64,000 nucleotides of DNA, from positions 2,286 through 66,285 of the forward strand of contig JAJRVP010000005.1 of the NCBI GenBank assembly GCA_024277205.1, given 5' to 3'. The notes under the pieces are model-generated. The model was not told where the DNA came from. It did not search any database and worked only from the letters and a program-made list of their open reading frames with translations. Made by a program: the position numbers and the translations under genes. This document shows positions 40,123-47,918 of the stretch, one piece after another. Source of the DNA: an archaeon. Lineage in GTDB: Archaea > Nanobdellota > Nanobdellia > CSSed11-243R1. Within the stretch, counting starts at the first letter, position 1, and each line of letters starts with the position of its first letter.

Positions 40123-40890
40123 TTAATCACCACCTTTTTTGATTATATATAGCGCTAATGGATATATCCCATCAACGCCCGAGATTATTCCACCGTAAAT
40201 CTCGTTTGTCGGCACAAATCTAATTGATTCTCCTTCTTGTTTTCCATTACCCAACACTGTTTTCTGTTCAAATTCATTATCTTCTGTTTTTATTGCATAA
40301 TCTAACCCCATTTTCAATAAACCTTCTAATTTTTTACCTTGGTAGGGTATTGTCAATTTTACATTGGTTGTTGGGTTTTGTGTTTGTATAACACCACTTA
40401 TTTCTGTTCCTTTAAAACCTCCTGCTCCTGCAACTAAAAGAATCTTCTCTGATTTCACTATCTCCTCTAATCTACTTTTTTCATCCCCTAACTCTTTTTG
40501 AGCCTCAAGAATCTGAAGGAATAGGTTGTATGCTTGTATGTAATCTTGTTGTTCTTCTGTTGTAGAATATGTGTTTAATCTCTCTTGAAACTGATCATAA
40601 AATTTTGCTATGCCTTCCTCAGTTGGCCTCTGGTCACTTAGTTTATTCTTAGTTATCTCTATTTCGTCTTTTAGCTTTTTTGGATCAAAAAGGTATTGTT
40701 TCAGTAACTCAACTAAGTGTAAAAAGGTTTTTGCATCATATAATTTTTTCTCATTTTTAGAAGTTGAATCCCTATCTACTACTCCTACTTCAGTTTGTGG
40801 TTGTTCGGGTTTTGAATTCTTAAGTTCTTTTTGTCTATTATCGCCATACCCGACTATTGCATTACCAACATCGATTTTGTTTCCTACCAT
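40123..40890 (-). CDS. Hypothetical protein
   Basis: 255-aa ORF; GGTGA SD; 2-nt gap to the next gene. Confidence 0.6.
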   Translation of the reverse strand: MVGNKIDVGNAIVGYGDNRQKELKNSKPEQPQTEVGVVDRDSTSKNEKKLYDAKTFLHLVELLKQYLFDPKKLKDEIEITKNKLSDQRPTEEGIAKFYDQFQERLNTYSTTEEQQDYIQAYNLFLQILEAQKELGDEKSRLEEIVKSEKILLVAGAGGFKGTEISGVIQTQNPTTNVKLTIPYQGKKLEGLLKMGLDYAIKTEDNEFEQKTVLGNGKQEGESIRFVPTNEIYGGIISGVDGIYPLALYIIKKGGD

Positions 40891-40904
40891 TTTTAAATCA
40901 CCTT

Positions 40905-42053
40905 TTAAATTTCATATCCATACATTATTCTTTCCAAATTCAATTTTTCTCCTTTTTTAAGATAAACATCTGCTATAATTTTAACAGAATCATCCTCAAA
41001 TTCAACCTTAGCTTTAAAATGTTGAATCTTCTTACCTGAGGAATCAATAACTGGAATATACGCTATGGATGGTTTTGCTTTTTTGAAAATATCATAATTT
41101 TTACCGCTTAAAAATAGTGCAAATTCATAAATTTCTCCTTCTTCTAGTTTATCAACAATTGAACCACTTATTTTATCATAAAAAGCCCAATCTACTTCGT
41201 TGGTATCAGTAGGTTCTATTCTCCCTATTAATAAATTCTCCAATCTAAATTCTGGTTTTTTAGTAAAAATTCTTTTAAGGAAAGGCAATTGATTATATTC
41301 TTCTAATTCTTTAAAATAATTCACAAATTGCCCCATTACACTGAGATAAACTTCTTTGAAAACATCACTTTTTGCAATTTGTAGTGACACTAATTTTGAT
41401 GCTTTTAATCTAACTTCTTTGAGATTAATCTCCTCTTTTATTGTTTCTGCTAGCTTATCAGAAACATCTTTAAAGTCTATGTTTAATTCGTGTTTTGTAG
41501 CAAGATAAAAAACGAGTTCCTTTTTAATCTCACCAAAATCCAATTTCTCTTCTAGTTCATTATAAAATGTTTTTTTAAGTGCATCGATTAAATTCTCAAA
41601 ATTAAGTCCAACAGTTTCAAGAATATCAGCCAACGGTACCCCTGCCCCGAATTGTTCTTTTAGTTTTTGAGAAAGAGTAGAGTATGCATCTTCTTTAAGT
41701 TGATTTACATCAATACTTTCAAAAAAATTGGAAATTGTTTTTTGAATGATTTCCTCTTTAAATTCTTGGATGTTTATATCTAACGCTGTGAAAACATCAT
41801 CTAACTCTACATCTTCAAGTTCATATTGTTCAGCAATCATTCTCAAAATTTCTTCTTTAGAACCTGAAATATTAAGATAATTTGCAATTGCTTTAAATGC
41901 TTCCTCTTTGGACATATCATTAAACATATCACTTATACCTTTGGCTTCAGAATTGAAATCTTGTATAAGTTGTTCCATTTTTTCTCCCACATCTTCTTCT
42001 ACCATTTTTTCTATTTCTTCTATGGTTTTATCTCCATCTGTAGGATTTGGCAT
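40905..42053 (-). CDS. Acidic helical hypothetical protein
   Basis: 382-aa ORF; GGGGTGA SD; upstream TTTATAAA; D/E-rich amphipathic helices. Confidence 0.6.
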   Translation of the reverse strand: MPNPTDGDKTIEEIEKMVEEDVGEKMEQLIQDFNSEAKGISDMFNDMSKEEAFKAIANYLNISGSKEEILRMIAEQYELEDVELDDVFTALDINIQEFKEEIIQKTISNFFESIDVNQLKEDAYSTLSQKLKEQFGAGVPLADILETVGLNFENLIDALKKTFYNELEEKLDFGEIKKELVFYLATKHELNIDFKDVSDKLAETIKEEINLKEVRLKASKLVSLQIAKSDVFKEVYLSVMGQFVNYFKELEEYNQLPFLKRIFTKKPEFRLENLLIGRIEPTDTNEVDWAFYDKISGSIVDKLEEGEIYEFALFLSGKNYDIFKKAKPSIAYIPVIDSSGKKIQHFKAKVEFEDDSVKIIADVYLKKGEKLNLERIMYGYEI

Positions 42054-42134
42054 GTTGTCACCCCTTGATAATAAACTAAGTTATTAGAGGAAAATCTTAT
42101 TTATAAATGTTTCTGTATTGACTACTTAATAGTC

Positions 42135-42581
42135 ATGAAAAACATCGAAGAAAGGCATTTAAAACAAAAAATGGTTCAACTCATTATGAAATGGCTATCA
42201 AAAAAGACATTGTTGCCTTTGTTATTGGCTGGAATATTTTTATCCTCTGTATTAGTGGTTTTCTCAAGTGGTGGACTCCAAAAAAAGCAAGCAGTAATTA
42301 TAGTTGATATGGGGCAAGGGCAGGTTTATCAAGGGAAAATTCAGATTAATGAAAAAACAACAGCACTAACTGCACTTTCAAGTTTTGCATACTCTGTTGA
42401 AATTGAAAATGGGAAAGTGTATTGCATTGCTAATTATTGTAACACAAATGTAAGTGTATGGAAATTCTATAAATTAGAACAAACTTCTTTAGGTTCTGTT
42501 GAAAAAGAAGTTAATCAAAGTATTGAAAATTATAAAGTTGAAGAAGGAGAAATCCTTGTTTTTAGGTATGAATCTATTTAG
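42135..42581 (+). CDS. Exported protein, DUF4430/transcobalamin-C-like (start may be downstream)
   Basis: TM helix, then TALTAL...VYCIAN...WKFY...NYKVEEGEILVFRY pattern. Confidence 0.55.
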   Translation: MKNIEERHLKQKMVQLIMKWLSKKTLLPLLLAGIFLSSVLVVFSSGGLQKKQAVIIVDMGQGQVYQGKIQINEKTTALTALSSFAYSVEIENGKVYCIANYCNTNVSVWKFYKLEQTSLGSVEKEVNQSIENYKVEEGEILVFRYESI

Positions 42582-42846
42582 ATTTCTTTTTTCTTCTGCC
42601 CCGTCTTTTATTTAGGGGTTCTACCACAATTTTACATCCGCAATTTTGACAAATAAAGGTAATTGGTTTTTGAAATTCTTGGGTTATTTCTCCACTTTTC
42701 TTACAATTTCCACAAGCATATTTTATATTGACAATGTTTGTACCTGTTGGCACCCATGCAACTAGTTTTGTATTGTCATCTAATATTCTTCTTGTAAAAA
42801 AAGCGCATTCATCCATGCTTTCTGGTTCTTTTAACATGATATTCAC
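42574..42846 (-). CDS. Small Zn-ribbon protein
   Basis: CGNC...CQNC pair; basic C-terminal tail. Confidence 0.7.
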   Translation of the reverse strand: MNIMLKEPESMDECAFFTRRILDDNTKLVAWVPTGTNIVNIKYACGNCKKSGEITQEFQKPITFICQNCGCKIVVEPLNKRRGRRKKKSK

Positions 42847-43105
42847 CTTTGTTATAGAAATATTTAGTAGTTAAAAAAACTATTGTCCCAAAAATAACCA
42901 TATAAACTGCTGTGTATGGGAATGGTGGTTTTTCAATTATGAGTTGTGTTGTCTGGGTTGGTGGTGTTTTGTTAATTGATTGTTTTATGTATCCTGGGGT
43001 TTGAGCGTAATAACTAAAAATCCATAAAAATCCAATTATTACAAATATTGCCCCAAATCCAAAATAAAAATACCATGTTTTCTCTGAAATTTTCTTTTTA
43101 GTCAT
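42809..43105 (-). CDS. Small two-TM membrane protein
   Basis: Two hydrophobic helices. Confidence 0.6.
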   Translation of the reverse strand: MTKKKISEKTWYFYFGFGAIFVIIGFLWIFSYYAQTPGYIKQSINKTPPTQTTQLIIEKPPFPYTAVYMVIFGTIVFLTTKYFYNKGEYHVKRTRKHG

Positions 43106-43123
43106 ATTAGAAACATATCAGTA

Positions 43124-43276
43124 TTACTTAATATCCATTTCTATATGGAACGCAATATATACTTTGTCTTTTATTCTGCCAAATACCCCTGTTACTCCTG
43201 TAACTTGAGGCATTGGTACATATGGAACAAGTCCTTGCTCTTTTCGCATATATTCTAAAAATCCTGAGCACACCAT
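43124..43276 (-). CDS. Putative 50-aa protein missing from the ORF track
   Basis: MVCSGFLEYMRKEQGLVPYVPMPQVTGVTGVFGRIKDKVYIAFHIEMDIK; GGGGTGG SD upstream. Confidence 0.4.
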   Translation of the reverse strand: MVCSGFLEYMRKEQGLVPYVPMPQVTGVTGVFGRIKDKVYIAFHIEMDIK

Positions 43277-43347
43277 TTATAACCACCCCAAAATAGTAAA
43301 TATTATATATAGTAAATTTATAAGTGTTTTGTTGACTTATGTCAACA

Positions 43348-43419
43348 GGGAACAATGATGAAGTGTTGACACCCAATGAGGCGCAAGCCAATGAAATACA
43401 GGGTAGCTACAGAGTTCCC
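43348..43419 (+). ncRNA. C/D-box sRNA (2'-O-methylation guide)
   Basis: Terminal stem GGGAAC/GTTCCC; box C ATGATGA (43355-43361); D' ATGA (43376-43379); GGC-GCAA-GCC hairpin; C' ATGAAAT; box D CAGA (43410-43413); TATA TTTATAA at 43317. Confidence 0.8.
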
Positions 43420-43420
43420 C

Positions 43421-43451
43421 GCACCTTTTTAGAAAAAAGCTGCACCAAAAA
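43421..43451 (+). repeat. REP-like palindromic repeat, copy A
   Basis: gcacctttttagaaaaaagctgcaccaaaaa matches the reverse complement of 45163-45193 at 30 of 31 positions. Confidence 0.8.
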
Positions 43452-43524
43452 ATTCTACACATTTTTAGAAAAAGTTTGATCAAAAGTGCAAACATTTTTA
43501 ATTCTGGATTGTTTTAATCTAACT

Positions 43525-43665
43525 ATGGAAATACCTTATGAATTAAGCGTAAATTGGCCATGGATTGTGCTTGCAATTGTAATTATAATTGCAATTCTAA
43601 CTTTGAAAAATAAAATAGTGAGACGGAGATTACATTCTTTATTTGGATGGCCACCAGAACCTTAG
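43525..43665 (+). CDS. 46-aa single-TM protein missing from the ORF track
   Basis: MEIPYELSVNWPWIVLAIVIIIAILTLKNKIVRRRLHSLFGWPPEP; TM helix followed by basic residues. Confidence 0.55.
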   Translation: MEIPYELSVNWPWIVLAIVIIIAILTLKNKIVRRRLHSLFGWPPEP

Positions 43666-43700
43666 GAAAGCTTTTATTTAATTAATTTTTTGGGATTCTT

Positions 43701-45125
43701 ATGACATTTATATTATTCAACACGCTTGGGAGAAAAAAGGAAGAATTTAAACCGCTTGAAGATAATCTAGTTAAGATATATACTTGTGGGCCAACTGTTT
43801 ACAATTTTGCACATATTGGGAATTTTAGAAGTTATGTTGCACAAGATATTCTAAAGAGATATCTGCTTTACAAAGGTTTCAAAGTAAAACATGTTATGAA
43901 TCTAACTGATATAGATGATAAAACAATTAGGGATAGCCAAAAAGAAGGAATTTCTTTAAAAGAATTTACAGAAAGATATACAAAAGCTTTTTTTGAAGAT
44001 TCTAAAAAACTAAATCTCTTGCCAGCAGATATTTATGCAAAAGCAACTGAACATATTGAAGATATGCGAAAATTAATTCAAATTCTTCTTGATGAAGGAT
44101 TTGCTTACAAAGGAGAAGACAATTCAATATATTACAACATTTCTAAGTTTAAAGAATATGGAAAACTTTCTGGTATAAAAGTTTCTGAACTAAAAGCTGG
44201 AGCAAGAGTAAAACAAGATGAATATGAAAAAGAAGAAGCAAATGATTTTGCACTTTGGAAAGCTTGGACTCCTGAAGATGGAGATGTTTTTTGGGATGTA
44301 AAATTTGTGATTAATGGAAAAGAAGAAACAATTCGCGGAAGACCGGGTTGGCATATTGAATGTTCAACTATGAGTATGAAATACCTTGGGGGTACATTGG
44401 ATATACATGCTGGTGGGGTTGATTTAATATTCCCACATCATGAAAATGAAATTGCTCAAAGTGAGGCAGCAACTGGAAAAATATTTTCAAGGTTTTGGTT
44501 CCACAATGAATGGGTAATTGTGGAAGGGAAAAAAATGTCAAAGAGATATAAAAATTTTTACACCTTACGTGACATTTTATCAAAAGGTTATAGTCCTAAA
44601 GCAATTAGGTATCTTTTAATGAATGCACATTATCGTTCGCAATTAAATTTCACATTTGAAGGACTAAAAGATGCAGAAACAACAGTTAATCGCTTAATAG
44701 AATTTATTGACAAACTTGATGAGATTAAAAGTAGTAATTACAATGGAGACATTAAAAATTTAATTGAAAATGTAAAAGAAAAATTTGAATCTGCGATGGA
44801 TGATGATATCAATATGCCTCTAGCACTTTCAGCAATTCATGAGTTTGTTTCTGAAATAAATAAAGCAATTGCTCAAGGAAATTTTGATGAAAAGAATGCA
44901 AAAGAAGTAAAAAGTATTATGTTGGAGTTTGACAAAGTTTTAGGTGTATTAGAGCATGAAAAAGTTGAAGTTCCAGAAGAAATTAAAAAACTTATCGAAG
45001 AAAGAGAAAATGCGAGAAAAGAAAAGAACTTCAAAAAATCAGATGAAATCCGCGAAAAGATTAGACAAATGGGTTGGGAAGTCCAAGATACACCAGAAGG
45101 ACCAAAGGTAAGAAAGAGATTGTAA
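43701..45125 (+). CDS. cysS: Cysteinyl-tRNA synthetase
   Basis: CGPTVY..AHIGN, DFALWK, GRPGWHIEC, HAGGVDLIFPHHENE, KMSKR. Confidence 0.97.
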   Translation: MTFILFNTLGRKKEEFKPLEDNLVKIYTCGPTVYNFAHIGNFRSYVAQDILKRYLLYKGFKVKHVMNLTDIDDKTIRDSQKEGISLKEFTERYTKAFFEDSKKLNLLPADIYAKATEHIEDMRKLIQILLDEGFAYKGEDNSIYYNISKFKEYGKLSGIKVSELKAGARVKQDEYEKEEANDFALWKAWTPEDGDVFWDVKFVINGKEETIRGRPGWHIECSTMSMKYLGGTLDIHAGGVDLIFPHHENEIAQSEAATGKIFSRFWFHNEWVIVEGKKMSKRYKNFYTLRDILSKGYSPKAIRYLLMNAHYRSQLNFTFEGLKDAETTVNRLIEFIDKLDEIKSSNYNGDIKNLIENVKEKFESAMDDDINMPLALSAIHEFVSEINKAIAQGNFDEKNAKEVKSIMLEFDKVLGVLEHEKVEVPEEIKKLIEERENARKEKNFKKSDEIREKIRQMGWEVQDTPEGPKVRKRL

Positions 45126-45162
45126 ATCTAAATAAAATGTCTAATAAGAAGTTGCGAGTGTG

Positions 45163-45193
45163 TTTTTGGTGCAGCTTTTTTCTAAAAAGCTGC
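45163..45193 (-). repeat. REP-like palindromic repeat, copy B
   Basis: Internal palindrome GCAGCTTTTT...AAAAAGCTGC; inverted copy of 43421-43451. Confidence 0.8.
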
Positions 45194-45235
45194 AAGGAAA
45201 AGAATTTAAAACAAACCTTTCTATTTTTAATTTAA

Positions 45236-45391
45236 GCGGGGTTGGCAGAGCAGCTATGCGGCGGACTGCAGTTCGTCAGCGGCGGATCTGGCTGAGGCGC
45301 CCGATGATGTGAAGAGATCCGTTCAGGGGGGTGCGACAAGCCGAACCTGGGCGATTCCTCTTAGATTCGCTCGCTATTCCCCCACCCCGCT
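45236..45391 (+). tRNA. trnC: tRNA-Cys(GCA) with two introns (37/38: 45272-45316; 59/60: 45338-45377)
   Basis: Acceptor stem GCGGGGT/ACCCCGC, U73; anticodon stem GCGGA/TCCGT with CT-GCA-G; T-stem G5/C5; relaxed BHB motifs at both introns; TATA at 45205; oligo-T after the gene. Confidence 0.9.
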
Positions 45392-45412
45392 TTTTAGTTA
45401 AATGGTGGTAAA

Positions 45413-45667
45413 ATGGAAGCAAAGATAATCTATAACTGGGATGAATTCCAAAGGGAATTTGAAAAACTTGAAGAGCCAAAATTCTACATAAATCTTGATA
45501 CAAGTGACAAAGGAAATGTTTTAAGAATATATGCAGAAACAAAAGATGTTGTCTTAATATTCGAGCCCGAGGACATGGACTTAAGAAAGTGGAAGAAAAA
45601 GCTTGATGATATGAACATTGAGTACAAATGGGGGAAAAGCCCTGTAAAGATAATTGAAAATGGATGA
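45413..45667 (+). CDS. Small hypothetical protein
   Basis: 84-aa ORF with a GGTGG SD. Confidence 0.65.
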   Translation: MEAKIIYNWDEFQREFEKLEEPKFYINLDTSDKGNVLRIYAETKDVVLIFEPEDMDLRKWKKKLDDMNIEYKWGKSPVKIIENG

Positions 45668-45944
45668 GGAATTTTATATTTTTAAACCTTGTAAAACAAC
45701 TGCTGCTTTTCAAGGTACTTTGAAAAAACAGATATCCTTAGATATGAATTCTGTTAAAAGAATTTTAGAAAAAGAAGGTTACAAAATTGAATTGGCTCTG
45801 AATGATTTAGTCATAGCACGAAAGGGACATATTGTAAATATCTATAACACTGGAAAAATTCTGATTAAAAATATTGAAGATGAAGAAAAAGCAAAGAAAG
45901 TAATCGAATCTATTTATAAAAAAATAATAAAAGAAAAAGATTAA
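45654..45944 (+). CDS. Small hypothetical protein
   Basis: KPCKT...NIYNTGKILIKN pattern; overlaps the upstream gene. Confidence 0.65.
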   Translation: MKMDEEFYIFKPCKTTAAFQGTLKKQISLDMNSVKRILEKEGYKIELALNDLVIARKGHIVNIYNTGKILIKNIEDEEKAKKVIESIYKKIIKEKD

Positions 45945-46885
45945 CAAGCTCCGGCTGCTTGTGTTCCTTCTTCTGAAAGTGTTTGTTCACATTCTGCTAT
46001 TGGTGTACTAAATCCTGAACAAATTGCATCTTTAAATGCCTCTGAGGTTCTTTCACCATAATATTCTGCGTCATTAATTATCAATGTTGGGGAGCCCCTT
46101 ACATTATATTGTTCTGTTAATGCTTGGTCAGCTTCCATAAGCGAAATTCCTTCTGTTGCAACACAATTTTCTATAACTGTTGTATCAATTCCAACTGCTT
46201 CTGCTTTTTCTTTCCAACATGTATCTAAGTTGTCTTTGTTACAAACACCATTAAATTGTTCAATATAGTTCCAAAATGTGGTTGAACCATAATTCTTCCA
46301 AATACAAGCTTGTCTCATGTTTTCATTTGCTTCATATTCTCCATGTAACGAATTAACCTTTCCATCAACTACACTTACAATAAAGTGTGGCTCAATTGCA
46401 ACCTTGTCTCCAAACAATTTAACTACATCAACCATAGCATTTTCTGCTTGTTGTCCATATGGACAGAAACTCATTACAAATAACCTGACTGTTGGAGTTT
46501 CTGCATCTGGCGCATCAAAAGGTTCATTTTGTTGTTGTGGTTGTGTTGGTTGTTGCATTGTTTGAGACATATCAATTGCTGTTGGAAATAATAATTTTCC
46601 ATCCCCACTCACATATATGTCATTAGTTTGTCCTTGAATTTCAATAGAAACTTTGTACACCCCATTTCCACTTGCACTATTTAAGAATTTAGCTTCAATG
46701 CCTGGTGGCAAAAGATTGTTGTTAATGAAATTTACTGTTTTTTGCCCAACTGAATTCGCATCTCCTGCGATAAGACATCCTGTTTGCTTTAATGCAAAAC
46801 TTCCAACTAATGCAACTGCTAAAACAATTGTTAATACTTGAAAGATTTGCAGCTTAGATATTTTTATTTTGTTTTTTTCCTTCAA
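45941..46885 (-). CDS. Membrane-anchored thioredoxin/DsbA-fold protein
   Basis: N-terminal TM helix; DsbC-like YVSGDGKLLF; FVMSFCPYG; cis-Pro GSPTLIIN. Confidence 0.75.
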   Translation of the reverse strand: MKEKNKIKISKLQIFQVLTIVLAVALVGSFALKQTGCLIAGDANSVGQKTVNFINNNLLPPGIEAKFLNSASGNGVYKVSIEIQGQTNDIYVSGDGKLLFPTAIDMSQTMQQPTQPQQQNEPFDAPDAETPTVRLFVMSFCPYGQQAENAMVDVVKLFGDKVAIEPHFIVSVVDGKVNSLHGEYEANENMRQACIWKNYGSTTFWNYIEQFNGVCNKDNLDTCWKEKAEAVGIDTTVIENCVATEGISLMEADQALTEQYNVRGSPTLIINDAEYYGERTSEAFKDAICSGFSTPIAECEQTLSEEGTQAAGAC

Positions 46886-46942
46886 ATCTCACACCCCTTT
46901 TGTAGTATTATAACAATCTGAAATAAGATAATGTTTAAAAAA

Positions 46943-47605
46943 CTAACCATTGTCTCGAATAAATTGTTTAAGTTTTTCTGCAGACATTTCTCCGCAAACA
47001 GCCTTATCTGTTTTAAATGCATAAAACGAAGGTACTCCCAAAAATCCACAATCTCTTTCAATAGATTCTGCATGCATTAAAAATGTTTGTTTATTTGTTT
47101 CGTTGTACCATACTTCTATTCTTTGGAATCTAACACCAGTTTCATTTTCAACTTGTTCAACAATGGGTTCCATTTTTGCGCAATGTGGACAACCTTCTCC
47201 ATAGAACATAACAAATTCACCAGTAATTACACAAACATTTTCAGATGGAGTCACGTTTTCTACCATGGGTGTAAATACACAATTTTGTGGATTTTGCATA
47301 TCACAAGTACCATGTACTGCTAAGTTGTATATACTATACCCCGTATATGCCATACTTGAGAATAAAGCTATTGTAAAAATCCAAGATATAAATTCAAAAT
47401 GTTTATGTGTAAATCTCGCAAGTTTTGGGAATTTCATCAATTTAGAAACTACTCTTGTTTTCATCTTTTGGTCAAATCCGGTTTGGCAAGGACGAAGAGT
47501 TATTCTTCTAAAAACACAATCAAATGCTTCTTTAGCAATTTGTCTATGCGAAACGCTGAATATCCCTAGAACTCCAAAAACAATCAATGCAACAATGCAA
47601 ATCAT
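46943..47605 (-). CDS. Membrane protein with a C-terminal thioredoxin domain
   Basis: Two TM helices; FYGEGCPHC; GVPSF. Confidence 0.8.
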   Translation of the reverse strand: MICIVALIVFGVLGIFSVSHRQIAKEAFDCVFRRITLRPCQTGFDQKMKTRVVSKLMKFPKLARFTHKHFEFISWIFTIALFSSMAYTGYSIYNLAVHGTCDMQNPQNCVFTPMVENVTPSENVCVITGEFVMFYGEGCPHCAKMEPIVEQVENETGVRFQRIEVWYNETNKQTFLMHAESIERDCGFLGVPSFYAFKTDKAVCGEMSAEKLKQFIRDNG

Positions 47606-47684
47606 AACTTATCTCTCTCATTTATTGTTTAAAAAGTTATCTTTAACCACAATCTATTTTAAATTTATATCTGTTAACATAAGT

Positions 47685-47918
47685 ATGAAAAAATTTTTCC
47701 TTTTTAAAAAGATGAATAAAGAAAAACGAAGTAAAATCATCCTTGCTAGTTCATTTTCATCTTTGATAATTATGTGGTTGATATACTTTTTTGTTAATCT
47801 CTTTGGGATTAAAGGAGAACAATATGATAACTTCTTTATATTTATGGTTATAATGTCTTTAGTACTTATTGCTAATTTGGTTTATGCGGTTAAGATGGGG
47901 TTGAAATGGAGAAAGTAA
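47685..47918 (+). CDS. Small two-TM membrane protein
   Basis: Only the 3' part of the 47265-47918 ORF is plausible (ATG at 47685 or 47712). Confidence 0.5.
   Translation: MKKFFLFKKMNKEKRSKIILASSFSSLIIMWLIYFFVNLFGIKGEQYDNFFIFMVIMSLVLIANLVYAVKMGLKWRK

Noticed and set aside
38522-43105. Provirus or integrated element
   Set aside because: No integrase, capsid, packaging ATPase or att repeat recognised.
43128-43391. 87-aa minus-strand ORF
   Set aside because: Overlaps the C/D sRNA and its promoter; an alternative frame (43124-43276) has a proper SD.
43421-45193. Composite transposon carrying cysS
   Set aside because: No transposase or target-site duplication seen; the repeats are internally palindromic and have dispersed relatives.
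45276-45713. 145-aa minus-strand ORF
   Set aside because: Antisense to the tRNA-Cys gene and two better plus-strand ORFs.
47265-47684. 5' part of the 217-aa plus-strand ORF
   Set aside because: Antisense to the thioredoxin gene and crosses the divergent promoter; only 47685-47918 was kept.
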